26,932 nucleotides of DNA from Bacillota bacterium (GCA_017619905.1 JAFZRK010000053.1:1-26932), one strand, 5' to 3'; positions 1 through 8,397 are shown, numbered from the stretch's first letter. Made by a program: numbers and translations. The notes: generated from the sequence alone by a model not told the origin.

Positions 1-468
1 CAGGAGACCATAACAGGGACCGACTTCTACGCATGGTTCTTCGGCTTCAAGAGCATCCCGCTCTTCAAGATCCCGTACTTCCTGCCCTACATCTGCATCT
101 GGGTACCGTGCTTCGTGCTCTCCAACCTGGGCAACAACATCAAGCGCAGACTCCCCTCCACCGGTGTGGAATGGAAGGATACCCTCAGGGCCATAGTCGT
201 AAACGTTATCCTGGCGGAGTTCACTCTGGTGCTGAACATAGCGCACAAGTCGCACTACCAGTCCCTCGGATCCGCTGCGGACACCTCGTTCCTGCTGACC
301 TGCAACTCCGACACCCAGAGGCTCTGGGGCATGCCGGCCGGCATGGCAGTAGGAGTCGGCGGATCCACCTACCTCTTCAGAAAGACCGGAAACCTCTGGC
401 TCTCCGCCATCCTGATGGGTACCGTGGCCTGCCTCACCTGCGTCCTCTTCGGCCAGCTGAGACTGTAG
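1..468 (+). CDS. C-terminal part of a multi-pass membrane protein (5' end outside window)
   Basis: Frame 1 is open from base 1 to TAG at 466-468, with GC3-rich codons and several hydrophobic stretches. It ends in ...YLFRKTGNLWLSAILMG... No family confidently assigned. Confidence 0.7.
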   Translation, partial: QETITGTDFYAWFFGFKSIPLFKIPYFLPYICIWVPCFVLSNLGNNIKRRLPSTGVEWKDTLRAIVVNVILAEFTLVLNIAHKSHYQSLGSAADTSFLLTCNSDTQRLWGMPAGMAVGVGGSTYLFRKTGNLWLSAILMGTVACLTCVLFGQLRL

Positions 469-538
469 TCTAAAGCAAAGACAGTCCGGACTCAGAACAA
501 CTGAAACATAAACTCCTCTTGAATAAATAGAATGAATG

Positions 539-574
539 CCGCGCAACTGAAGATCAGTCGCGCGGTGTTTCTTT
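539..574 (+). terminator. Intrinsic terminator-like hairpin downstream of the first gene
   Basis: CCGCGCAACTGA-aga-TCAGTCGCGCGG (11/12 pairs) followed by TGTTTCTTT. Contains palindrome copy A. Confidence 0.6.
543..561. repeat. GCAACT-N7-AGTTGC palindrome, copy A
   Basis: GCAACT gaagatc AGTCGC (1 mismatch), intergenic. Confidence 0.75.
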
Positions 575-584
575 GCGCAAACGC

Positions 585-612
585 TTGAAAAAAACGGAGT
601 TTTACATATAAT
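585..612 (+). promoter_or_regulatory. SigA/sigma70-type promoter for the SDR-lipoprotein pair
   Basis: TTGAAA (585-590), 16 nt spacer, TATAAT (607-612). Confidence 0.6.
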
Positions 613-710
613 ATAAGAAAAACATCAGGCGATGCGGAGTTTTACAGGCAAAACATCAGACCATACAGAAACATCAGTCATTCTTCACCCTACATTTACA
701 GGAAGGCATT

Positions 711-1538
711 ATGAATAACGTATACGGAAAGCACGTGCTGGTAACGGGCGCGTCCAGAGGAATAGGCGAAGCGGTGGCCAAGGCGTTCGCGGCCGAGGGC
801 TGCAGCGTTGTTGCGGTCTCCAGGAACTGCGAGGAAAAGACCGTGGAGGTGCCGGGAGGCGGCTCCATAACCTACAGGCGCATGAACGTCTCCGACGAGG
901 CGTCCGTAGCCGCGGTCGTGGACTCCATGGAGCGCGTGGACATAGCGTTCCTGGCCGCAGGCATGGGAATTGCCGGAGCGGCGGAAGAGATGCCCATGGA
1001 TCTGGTGCGCGCGCAGATGGAGACCAACTACTTCGGAACGCTCACCGTGGGAGGCAAAGTCCTCCCAAGGATGAGGGAGCAGGGCAAAGGCCTGCTGATC
1101 GTTGTCGGATCCATCGCGGGCAAGGTGCCCATCCCAATGCAGGGCCACTATTCGTCCAGCAAATACGCGCTGGAGGCCTACGTGGAGACCGTTTCCATGG
1201 AGATGAGGCCGTTCGGCGTCCGCGCAGTAATAGTGGAGCCCGGCGACACCAAGACCGGTTTCACCGCGGCCAGAAAGACCTTCACCAAGGAAGGTTCGCC
1301 GTACTACAAGGCGGTGCTTGACAGCGTGGAGCGCATGGCCAAGGACGAGCAGGGCGGCAAGAGCCCTGATACCGTGGCAGCCGTGGCGCTCAAACTGGCC
1401 GGAAAGACCAACCCGCCGCCGCGCGTAGCGTTCGGCTTCGAATACAAGGCGCTGATGTTCATACTGCGCTTCCTGCCCGACCGCCTGAAGCGCTGGATAC
1501 TCACGAAGATGTACCTGCCGGTGCAGCCCGGGGAATAA
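711..1538 (+). CDS. Short-chain dehydrogenase/reductase (SDR) family oxidoreductase
   Basis: TGASRGIG nucleotide-binding motif, YSSSK catalytic motif, VEPG motif; 275 aa; GGAAGG upstream. Confidence 0.95.
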   Translation: MNNVYGKHVLVTGASRGIGEAVAKAFAAEGCSVVAVSRNCEEKTVEVPGGGSITYRRMNVSDEASVAAVVDSMERVDIAFLAAGMGIAGAAEEMPMDLVRAQMETNYFGTLTVGGKVLPRMREQGKGLLIVVGSIAGKVPIPMQGHYSSSKYALEAYVETVSMEMRPFGVRAVIVEPGDTKTGFTAARKTFTKEGSPYYKAVLDSVERMAKDEQGGKSPDTVAAVALKLAGKTNPPPRVAFGFEYKALMFILRFLPDRLKRWILTKMYLPVQPGE

Positions 1539-1544
1539 AATAGC

Positions 1545-2546
1545 ATGAAACACAAGAACTGCATAAGGGCGGCGCTCGTTCTGCTGCTGGCGCTGGCGAT
1601 GATCCTGTCGCTTTCGGCCTGCGGCAAGAAGAACGGCAACACCGCTCACAAGCATAATTACATAGAGAAGGTCACCAAACCGGCCACCTGCCAGGAGGAA
1701 GGCGTAGCCACCTACACCTGCTACGGCTGCGGCGACAGCTACACCAAGCCGATTCCGGTCTCGGACGGTCACAAGTACAAGAAGACAGTCGTCAAGGAAG
1801 CCACCTGCGCGGAAGACGGTCAGGCGGACTACGTCTGCGAGCTCTGCGGCTACTCCTACACGGAGACCATCCCCGCCACGGGCAACCACATGTACGTGCT
1901 CAAGGAGACGGTCCCGGCCACCTGTCTGGAGGAGGGCAAGGAGATCTACCAGTGCGAATACTGCGACAGCACCTTCGAGGACCCGATCCCGACCACGGGC
2001 AAGCACGTCTATGAGGCGGCGGTCACCAAAGAGCCCACTTGCGTAGCGGAAGGCACCCTCACCTATACCTGCACTATCTGCGGCGACACCTACACGGACC
2101 CGATCCCCGCGACCGGCGTGCACAATTACACGAAAGAAGAGATCATAGTTCAGCCCAGGTGTGACAGGACGGGCCAGAAGAAGCTCACCTGCGCCACCTG
2201 CAGCGACTTCATACTGGAAGACATTCCCAACCTGGAGCATTCGTTCACGAAGTGGGAGGTACTTACTCCCGCGACTACGACCGCCCCGGGCGAGGAGGGA
2301 AGCTTCTGCGATAACTGCGGCATCTTTACGAAGCGCGCCATTCCGCAGCTTCCGCCGGAGGAAGAACCGGAGCCAGATGACGGTTCCGGCAGCAGCGAGC
2401 CCGGAGAAGGATCCGGCGGCGAACAAGGCAGCCAGGACTCTGAAGGCGGAGCCGGCGAACAGGGCGGCCAGGGAACCGATGGCGGTTCCGGAGGAGAACA
2501 GGCAAGTCCCGACGGCGCCGGTGAAAACGGCGGAGCAGCTAACTAA
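1545..2546 (+). CDS. Lipoprotein with six 39-aa His/Cys repeats and an acidic Gly/Ser-rich tail
   Basis: Signal peptide ending LSAC (Cys26). His at aa 37, 76, 115, 154, 193, 232, each followed by a C...CxxC pattern. Starts 6 nt after the SDR stop. Confidence 0.85.
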   Translation: MKHKNCIRAALVLLLALAMILSLSACGKKNGNTAHKHNYIEKVTKPATCQEEGVATYTCYGCGDSYTKPIPVSDGHKYKKTVVKEATCAEDGQADYVCELCGYSYTETIPATGNHMYVLKETVPATCLEEGKEIYQCEYCDSTFEDPIPTTGKHVYEAAVTKEPTCVAEGTLTYTCTICGDTYTDPIPATGVHNYTKEEIIVQPRCDRTGQKKLTCATCSDFILEDIPNLEHSFTKWEVLTPATTTAPGEEGSFCDNCGIFTKRAIPQLPPEEEPEPDDGSGSSEPGEGSGGEQGSQDSEGGAGEQGGQGTDGGSGGEQASPDGAGENGGAAN

Positions 2547-2632
2547 GGCGCATACCCGCCGGCAGCGCAAGACGCGGTCAACAGCGCAAGACAACAAGCA
2601 GAAGCGCACGACCGCAGCATCCGAAAAATTAC

Positions 2633-2679
2633 AAAAGAAACCCTGCAACTAAATCTAAGTTGCAGGGCGTTGTTTTCTT
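2633..2679. terminator. Bidirectional intrinsic terminator between convergent genes
   Basis: CCCTGCAACT-aaatcta-AGTTGCAGGG perfect 10-bp stem, A-rich on the left and T-rich on the right. Confidence 0.8.
2645..2663. repeat. GCAACT-N7-AGTTGC palindrome, copy B
   Basis: GCAACT aaatcta AGTTGC (perfect arms), core of the terminator stem. Confidence 0.8.
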
Positions 2680-2744
2680 ATAACCATTGAAATTTCAACG
2701 TTCTTATTTTTCTCTCCGGGCAGTTTTTACATCGCCGGTTGGAA

Positions 2745-4367
2745 TTACAGCTCCGCGAAACGCTTCTTTCCGGGGCCCATCAGCCAGGCGTTGAGCCCTA
2801 TCGATGCCACCAGGAACAGCGCTATCAGTATCCTCATGTAAGTCTCGGGTGACATCACATTGCGGAGCACGAACGCGTACAGCGCGCCCAGCGCCAGGAT
2901 CACCACCCAGCTTCCGAACAGCGCGATGATTACCGCCATTCCCTGCTTTACCGCCATGGTCTCGTTTGTCCACTTAAGGTTGGGGAAGCACAGTCCCAGC
3001 ATCAGGCCCAGGTTGGCGCAGAAGTAGGTGAACAGTACCGTCAGGACGGCGAGGTAGAGTATGCTCATGGCGTCCAGCTTCAGAACGAAAGCAGCGGCAG
3101 CCAGGAATATAAGGCAGGGCACCAGCGTCAGCACCAGGTGCAGCTTGCGCTTTGCGCCGAAGATCTGCATTGTATCCACGGGCAGCTACTTGCTCAGCCA
3201 GAGCGTCTTCGCGTCCAGAGCGATGCTCGGCGCGGTAATGTCGTTGCTTGAGGCCAGGAAGCACAGGACGGCCGCCAGGACCAGCATCAGCAGCCCCTTG
3301 AACGGCAGGCCCGCCAGGTCTCCGCCCAGCTGGTATTCAAACATCTCCAGGATCTCGCGGACGTCGGCCGCCTTTATGAGCAGTGCCACAGCCGCCACCA
3401 CTACGAAGATCGTGCCCATGCTGCAGTTCAGCAGGTATGCCGGGCTTCCCAGGTAGTGCTTCATCTCCTTGCGGAACAGCGCGTTCGGGATGCTCTGCTG
3501 ATTCGTCTTCTTCTCCTTGTATTCCACGGTCTTTGTCTTTTCCGTGCGGGTCGCTATCTTAAAGAAGGTGCGCGACAGCACATAGTAGACGATGGCGAAG
3601 AACACCACGCATATTGCCGCAAATATCAGGAACGAGCCCGCATCGCCGGCGCAGCCCTTGCCCATCTTGTAGATCGGGTAGACGTAGCCGCTTATCTTGC
3701 CTTCCACCGTGTCGATGTTGGCCAGAATGGTGCGAAGGATAGCGTTCACACGGAAATAGAACACGTAGTAGACGCCCAGGAACAGCAGAGTGGCAATTAC
3801 GGTTAGGGCATTCTTCTTGGGGAAGAGGCCGACCACCAGAGCCACCAGCCAGCCCAGTATGCAGGACAGGGCCGTGCCCAGCAGCGCTATGAAGAATATG
3901 GACAGTATGCTGAATATGCCGGAAGCCGCGGTAGCGCCGTAGCCGCCGGTCCAGTAGATTATCAGGGCCGGGATTATCGGCAGAGCCGCGAACAGCCAGG
4001 CCATGATGTATATGGACGCCATCTTGCTGAGCAGCAGTTTCCCCGGAGGGATGGGCAGCGCCAGAAGAAGGTCGTTGTCCTTGGCCTTGTAGAGCATGCT
4101 GTAGGTCATGAACACGCTGCCGATGACGCTTATTACCAGCGAAGACAGGCCGGACATGGCCATGTAGAGCCAGAGACGGTCGGGCAGCAGCACAGAGAAC
4201 GCCGTGGAGAAGCCCAGGAACGCGGTGCCGATCGATATGTAGCACACGACGAACAGTATCGACATGCCGATTATTCCGCCCTTGGAGCGCCTGACGCCTT
4301 TCCTGCGGTCGTTGGTTATTCCCGCCGTAAGCGCCATGAACTCCTTTTTAAGAAGCGCTTTAAGCAT
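2745..4367 (-). pseudogene. ABC-2-type exporter permease (~540 codons) interrupted by an in-frame TAG at 3188-3186
   Basis: ATG at 4367 with GAGGAGG SD. ORFs 3186..4415 and 2745..3179 are in the same frame and read ...LWLSK*LPVDT... as one continuous multi-TM protein with two homologous halves. Could be a true nonsense allele or a sequence error. Confidence 0.7.
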
Positions 4368-5079
4368 TGTTTCCCTCCTCCGCAAGCTCCAGGAACACGT
4401 CCTCCAGGGACTCATCGCCCTTTACCTCGTCCATGGTGCCGGATTTTATTAAACGACCGTTCTTTATAATAGCCACTTTGTCGCACAGCTTCTCGGCTAC
4501 CTCAAGAACGTGGGTGGAGAAGAAGATGGCGCCGCCGTCGTCGCAGATCTTTCTCATTATCTGCTTAAGGTCGTGGCTGGCCACCGGATCCAGGCCGACG
4601 AAGGGCTCGTCCATAAGGATCAGCTTTGGGGCGTGGATCAGCGCGGAGATGACGGCCAGCTTCTGCTTCATGCCGTGGGAGTAGCTGGTGATGGGCATCG
4701 CAAGATTGCGCTCCAGGTCGAAGAGCTGCGAATACTCGCGGATGCGCTCCGCTCTGTCGTCCGCGCCTACGCCGAATATGTCCGCAATGAAGTTCAGGTA
4801 CTGTATGCCGGTCATGAACTCGTACAGGTCCGGGTTGTCCGGGATGTACGCGGTGATCTTCTTGCACTCTATCGGCTCGCCGGTCACGGAATGCCCGCCG
4901 ATGAAGATCTCGCCTTCGTCGAAGTTCATTAATCCGGCCACCGCCTTGAGCGTGGTGGTCTTGCCGGCGCCGTTGTGGCCAATGAATCCGTAGATCTCGC
5001 CCGGCTGGATGTGGAGCGAAAGGTCGTCCACGGCGGCTTTTTCGCCGTACTTCTTGGTGAAATGATCGATTCTAAGCAT
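4360..5079 (-). CDS. ABC transporter ATP-binding protein
   Basis: Walker A GHNGAGKTT, signature YSHGMKQK, Walker B LILMDEP, H-loop STH. Overlaps the permease start by 8 nt. Confidence 0.96.
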   Translation of the reverse strand: MLRIDHFTKKYGEKAAVDDLSLHIQPGEIYGFIGHNGAGKTTTLKAVAGLMNFDEGEIFIGGHSVTGEPIECKKITAYIPDNPDLYEFMTGIQYLNFIADIFGVGADDRAERIREYSQLFDLERNLAMPITSYSHGMKQKLAVISALIHAPKLILMDEPFVGLDPVASHDLKQIMRKICDDGGAIFFSTHVLEVAEKLCDKVAIIKNGRLIKSGTMDEVKGDESLEDVFLELAEEGNNA

Positions 5080-5118
5080 TTTTTCTCCTTCAAACTTTAA
5101 GGATGGTCCTTTCGGTAC

Positions 5119-5146
5119 ATTATAAACCTACGGAACGATCCTTCAA
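5119..5146 (-). promoter_or_regulatory. Putative SigA promoter for the ABC operon
   Basis: Minus strand TTGAAG-16 nt-TATAAT, then GAAGGAG SD. Confidence 0.5.
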
Positions 5147-5211
5147 GCATTAATGTTATCAAAATATTATGACTGCACGGTGACAGCGGAGCAGATATCC
5201 GGCCGGACAGC

Positions 5212-5234
5212 AAAACGGGCCCTTGCGGGTCCGC
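5212..5234 (-). terminator. Putative terminator of the ddl operon
   Basis: Minus strand CGGACCC-GCAA-GGGCCCG (one mismatch) followed by TTTT. Confidence 0.5.
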
Positions 5235-5259
5235 ATCGGCAAAGAATAACGGCGATCCG

Positions 5260-5598
5260 TTATCTTCTGCGCTGTTTTTCTCTCCAACCCACGAGGATGG
5301 CGCCCAGCGTTATCATGGCTCCTATTGTGTAGACCTCTTTGCGGCGCGCGAGCTCCGCTTCGGATTCCCCGGAACCGTCCTGAGAATCGCTGCCGTCCAT
5401 GGAGGCGCTCTGTTCTCCGGTGCTCTCGGAGTCGCTGCCTGTGGGCGCATCCGCGCCTATGGTCGTAGTATCTCCGGCGGGCGCGTCGTCCCCGCCCTTC
5501 GCGAAAGCGGACGCGGCGAACGCGAATACCAGAAGCACTGCAAGCGCAAGCGCCAGGATCCTCGGCAGCGCGTTTTTTGCAAACGTTCCGCGGCGCAT
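5260..5598 (-). CDS. Small membrane/secreted hypothetical protein (signal peptide, acidic linker, C-terminal TM plus basic tail)
   Basis: ATG at 5598 overlaps the upstream TGA (TGATG), with GGAGG upstream. N-terminal hydrophobic segment ends ASAFA; C-terminus is TM followed by REKQRRR. Confidence 0.7.
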   Translation of the reverse strand: MRRGTFAKNALPRILALALAVLLVFAFAASAFAKGGDDAPAGDTTTIGADAPTGSDSESTGEQSASMDGSDSQDGSGESEAELARRKEVYTIGAMITLGAILVGWREKQRRR

Positions 5599-5756
5599 CA
5601 CATTTTTCCTCCGATGATCAGTATCAGGTAATAAGCAACGCCAAGCACCATTATTGCTGCCAGCGCAATGCAGAATATCCTTACAGCCAGCGTGCGGCTG
5701 CTCGTTTTCTTAGCGGGCGCGTACGTGTATTTCTTGACCGTCTTCTTATTGGACAT
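5598..5756 (-). CDS. Small (52 aa) single-TM hypothetical protein
   Basis: MSNKKTVKK..., basic N-terminus then one TM. Start overlaps the DUF1934 3' end; stop is coupled to the next gene. Confidence 0.6.
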   Translation of the reverse strand: MSNKKTVKKYTYAPAKKTSSRTLAVRIFCIALAAIMVLGVAYYLILIIGGKM

Positions 5757-6198
5757 GCGTGTCGTCCTCCCCGGCCGGGACATCCGCGCCGGCCTGCAGT
5801 ATCTCTATGTCCAGCTGCTTGTTGGCGTCGAACAGCCCCTTGAAACAAATGGAATAGTCAATGGAAATGGTCCCCGACGTCTGGGCAAAGCCGCCCAGGC
5901 CGGAGATGTTGTTGGTCAGTATCTCTACGCCGAAGTTTCCGTGCGGCGTGGAATACAGCCCGTTGAGGCGGCGCCCCTTCTCGAAGATCATCTCCGTGGG
6001 GAGCTCCATGCTGCTGCCGGTCCTCTTCACCCGCACGCGCTTGGGCGTTATGGTGAGACTGGTGGAACAGCCCTCCATGCCGGACATTACGGTCTCGTCG
6101 TACTGGATGAGGGTGGTGCTGCCCCTTGTGTAGAGGCGCCCCTCCGTTACCAGCTCCAGGCCGTCGTCACTTTTTATTTTCAGCATTATATCTTTCAT
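5746..6198 (-). CDS. DUF1934 (YwiB-like) family protein
   Basis: Resembles the family pattern ELVTEG...YDET...MIFEKG...YSTPHG. Confidence 0.8.
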   Translation of the reverse strand: MKDIMLKIKSDDGLELVTEGRLYTRGSTTLIQYDETVMSGMEGCSTSLTITPKRVRVKRTGSSMELPTEMIFEKGRRLNGLYSTPHGNFGVEILTNNISGLGGFAQTSGTISIDYSICFKGLFDANKQLDIEILQAGADVPAGEDDTHVQ

Positions 6199-7237
6199 AG
6201 CCGTACTCTATTATCTTTTCTACGATCTCCGTGTAAGTGAGCCCCGTCGCCATGAACAGCATCGGGAACATGCTTATTTTAGTAAATCCGGGTATGGCGT
6301 TTATCTCGTTAAGGTAGATCTCCTGTGAATCCTTGTCCACAAGGAAGTCCACGCGGGAGAATCCGGCGCAGCAGCAGGCCAGATAGGCCTTTATGGCTTC
6401 CGCGCGAATCTCGTCCGCAAGATCCTGGCTGATGTCCGCAGGCACCACGGTGCGGCTCGCGCTGCTGTGATACTTGGCGTCGTAGTCGTAGAACTCCGCC
6501 TCGGTAAGGATCTCGCCCACGGCGCCCGCTACGGGCTTGAGATTGCCCATGACGGCGGTCTCCAGCTCTCTGGCGTTGATGCCCTGCTCCACGACTATGC
6601 GGGTGTCGTACTTTGCCGCGACGTCCAGCGCTTTCATGAGGTCAGCAGGGTCATTGACCTTGGTTATTCCAACGGACGAGCCCATGTTGGCGGGCTTTAC
6701 GAACAGCGGGTATCTGAGCGCGGCGTTGATCTCCGCGATCTTTTCGGGGCCTATCTCCGAGGAGTTGAGCGCCACGTAGGGCACCTGCTTTATTCCCGCG
6801 GACTTGAAGACGTCCTTTGCGGCTATCTTGTCCATTGTGAGCGCGCATCCAAGCACGCCGCTGGCCGCGTAGGGTATGTCCAGAAGCTCCAGCACTCCCT
6901 GGACCGTGCCGTCCTCGCCGTTGGGGCCGTGAAGCACCGGGAATACGAAGTCGCAGATGTCCTTAAGGCCCTTGCCGCCCGTTCCCAGTATCGTGAGCCC
7001 GAAATGCTCCGGGTCCGCTGCCAGGTCCGCCTTGGCCTTGGTCTCCCAGGTGTCTGCTTCGATGTCCTCGATGGGGCCCTCGTAGAGGAGCCATTCTCCG
7101 CTCTTGGTGATGCCTATGGTTATGATGTCGTATTTGTCCTTGTCGACCGCCTTGATGACCGACGTTGCGGAAATGCAGCTTATCTCGTGTTCTCCGGACT
7201 TGCCGCCGAACAGGACTGCCAGTCTTGTCTTTGCCAT
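6167..7237 (-). CDS. ddl: D-alanine--D-alanine ligase
   Basis: LFGGKSGEHEIS, FPVLHGPNGEDG, GSSVG, YDYDAKY omega loop, EINAIPG; GGAGGTG SD. Confidence 0.96.
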   Translation of the reverse strand: MAKTRLAVLFGGKSGEHEISCISATSVIKAVDKDKYDIITIGITKSGEWLLYEGPIEDIEADTWETKAKADLAADPEHFGLTILGTGGKGLKDICDFVFPVLHGPNGEDGTVQGVLELLDIPYAASGVLGCALTMDKIAAKDVFKSAGIKQVPYVALNSSEIGPEKIAEINAALRYPLFVKPANMGSSVGITKVNDPADLMKALDVAAKYDTRIVVEQGINARELETAVMGNLKPVAGAVGEILTEAEFYDYDAKYHSSASRTVVPADISQDLADEIRAEAIKAYLACCCAGFSRVDFLVDKDSQEIYLNEINAIPGFTKISMFPMLFMATGLTYTEIVEKIIEYGYERYNAENKK

Positions 7238-7277
7238 GGTTCACCTCCAGGGGACTCTTGGGGATATTGTTCTATCT

Positions 7278-7286
7278 ATTATATCA
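7278..7286 (-). promoter_or_regulatory. Extended -10 promoter of ddl
   Basis: TGATATAAT on the minus strand ~40 nt upstream of the ATG. The same 9-mer precedes trxA, the MFS gene and the transglutaminase-like gene. Confidence 0.65.
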
Positions 7287-7338
7287 CAGATTTGCGGTTT
7301 AGGGCTTGTCTGACGAATTAAAGTGCCGGCGGGAAACG

Positions 7339-8307
7339 CTATTTTACGACCGTGCGGTACGTTCCTGTTTCCGACAGGGTGAAATACGTGGGTCCGGCGC
7401 CGCAGAGCGTTGCGTCTGCCGGGATCGCGGAGGTTGGGGCCTGAGTGTTTGCAAGGGCAGCGGGGCTTGAGACCCGAGATGCATCTGCGCACGAAACCCT
7501 GCAACTGATATTTGGTTGCGCAGATTCCGCGTCGTTTTCTGCCTTTCTGAACAAACGCTCGGCCGGCGCCTGCAGATGGTTGCCCACAAAGCGGAGCTTT
7601 TCCTCTAAGCTCGAGGCATTCAGGAGACCCTCTATGCTGAAGCGCTCCTTGCAGTCCCCGTCCTTCAGTTCCGCGTAGACCGCGCGCGTCTTGCCGGGTA
7701 TGGAAACGTCCGAGAAGTACAGATCCACCCCGCAGTCGACCGGCTGCACGAACTCCAGCTCCGTCCCGCGTCCGCGCGCAATGGCCGCAGGGTGGCCCAG
7801 CTGGCTCGCGATGCAGAACGGAACGTCGGAACCCAGCTTGGCGCCAAGCGGCAGAAGGGCCTCCGGCAGGTCATCCGCAGTCTTCTGCGGCAGCCAGAGC
7901 TTCCCGAGCCCGACCAGCACCGCAGCCGCGTCCGCCGATCCGCCGCCAAGGCCTGCAGCGGCGGGTATATGCTTTTCAATGGCAACGCGGATCCCGCGAA
8001 CGCCGGGCGCAAGTTCCAGACCGTCCTTGTCCAGGGCGTTCGCAAGCAGCTCCGGACGGAAGGTCTCGGCCATAAGCAGCGCGGCTCTGTAGGCAAGGTC
8101 GTTCTGGCCGTACTCGAAGTCCTGCGGGCCAAGCAACGTGGAGCTATCGCACCTGTCAGCCGCGCCGGAAGCGTCGGACGCCTCCACCGTCACCTCGTCG
8201 CAGAGCGAGACCGCCTGCATCAGCATCTCCACCTCGTGGTAGCCGTCGGACCGCTCACCCAGCACGTTCAGTATAAGGTTTATCTTTGCGTAAGCGTGGA
8301 TCTTCAT
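7339..8307 (-). CDS. ispE: 4-diphosphocytidyl-2-C-methyl-D-erythritol kinase with loop insertions and a divergent C-terminus
   Basis: AKINLIL...DGYHEV, GHMP loop IPAAAGLGGGSADAAA, LGSDVPF. The real start is ATG 8307 rather than GTG 8325. Confidence 0.9.
   Translation of the reverse strand: MKIHAYAKINLILNVLGERSDGYHEVEMLMQAVSLCDEVTVEASDASGAADRCDSSTLLGPQDFEYGQNDLAYRAALLMAETFRPELLANALDKDGLELAPGVRGIRVAIEKHIPAAAGLGGGSADAAAVLVGLGKLWLPQKTADDLPEALLPLGAKLGSDVPFCIASQLGHPAAIARGRGTELEFVQPVDCGVDLYFSDVSIPGKTRAVYAELKDGDCKERFSIEGLLNASSLEEKLRFVGNHLQAPAERLFRKAENDAESAQPNISCRVSCADASRVSSPAALANTQAPTSAIPADATLCGAGPTYFTLSETGTYRTVVK
7501..7519. repeat. GCAACT-N7-AGTTGC palindrome, copy C (inside ispE)
   Basis: GCAACT gatattt GGTTGC (1 mismatch). 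Left flank AAACCCT is identical to copy B. Confidence 0.75.
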
Positions 8308-8313
8308 ACGGGT

Positions 8314-8322
8314 ATTATACCA
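8314..8322 (-). promoter_or_regulatory. Extended -10 promoter of ispE (probably leaderless)
   Basis: TGGTATAAT-acccgt-ATG; no SD. Confidence 0.65.
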
Positions 8323-8367
8323 CACGGGGCGGGGCGCAGAGGAATCTTTCCCCGCGGGCGCGGTTTA

Positions 8368-8376
8368 TGATATAAT
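8368..8376 (+). promoter_or_regulatory. Extended -10 promoter of trxA-cca
   Basis: TGATATAAT, then AGGAGG at 8385-8390. Confidence 0.65.
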
Positions 8377-8397
8377 CTTGCCGAAGGAGGCGCGGCA

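Noticed and set aside
497-515. Further partial palindrome matches (497 ACAACT-gaaacat, 10554 GCAA-gaatc-AGTTAC, 15714-15728, 302, 20193, 21832)
   Set aside because: Only one arm matches or the spacer length is wrong; not counted.
696-2648. 650-aa minus-strand ORF
   Set aside because: Antisense shadow of the SDR and lipoprotein genes, expected from strong GC3 bias; no recognisable motifs.
3186-3188. TAG as pyrrolysine or a genome-wide stop reassignment
   Set aside because: TAG terminates other genes here at expected C-termini (466-468, ispE, GDPD). No pyl genes are seen, and the position corresponds to a small residue in a membrane protein.
6167-7237. ddl as a vancomycin-resistance D-Ala-D-Lac ligase
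   Set aside because: Omega loop YDYDAKY retains the Lys-Tyr of D-Ala-D-Ala ligases, and there are no vanH/X/R/S neighbours.
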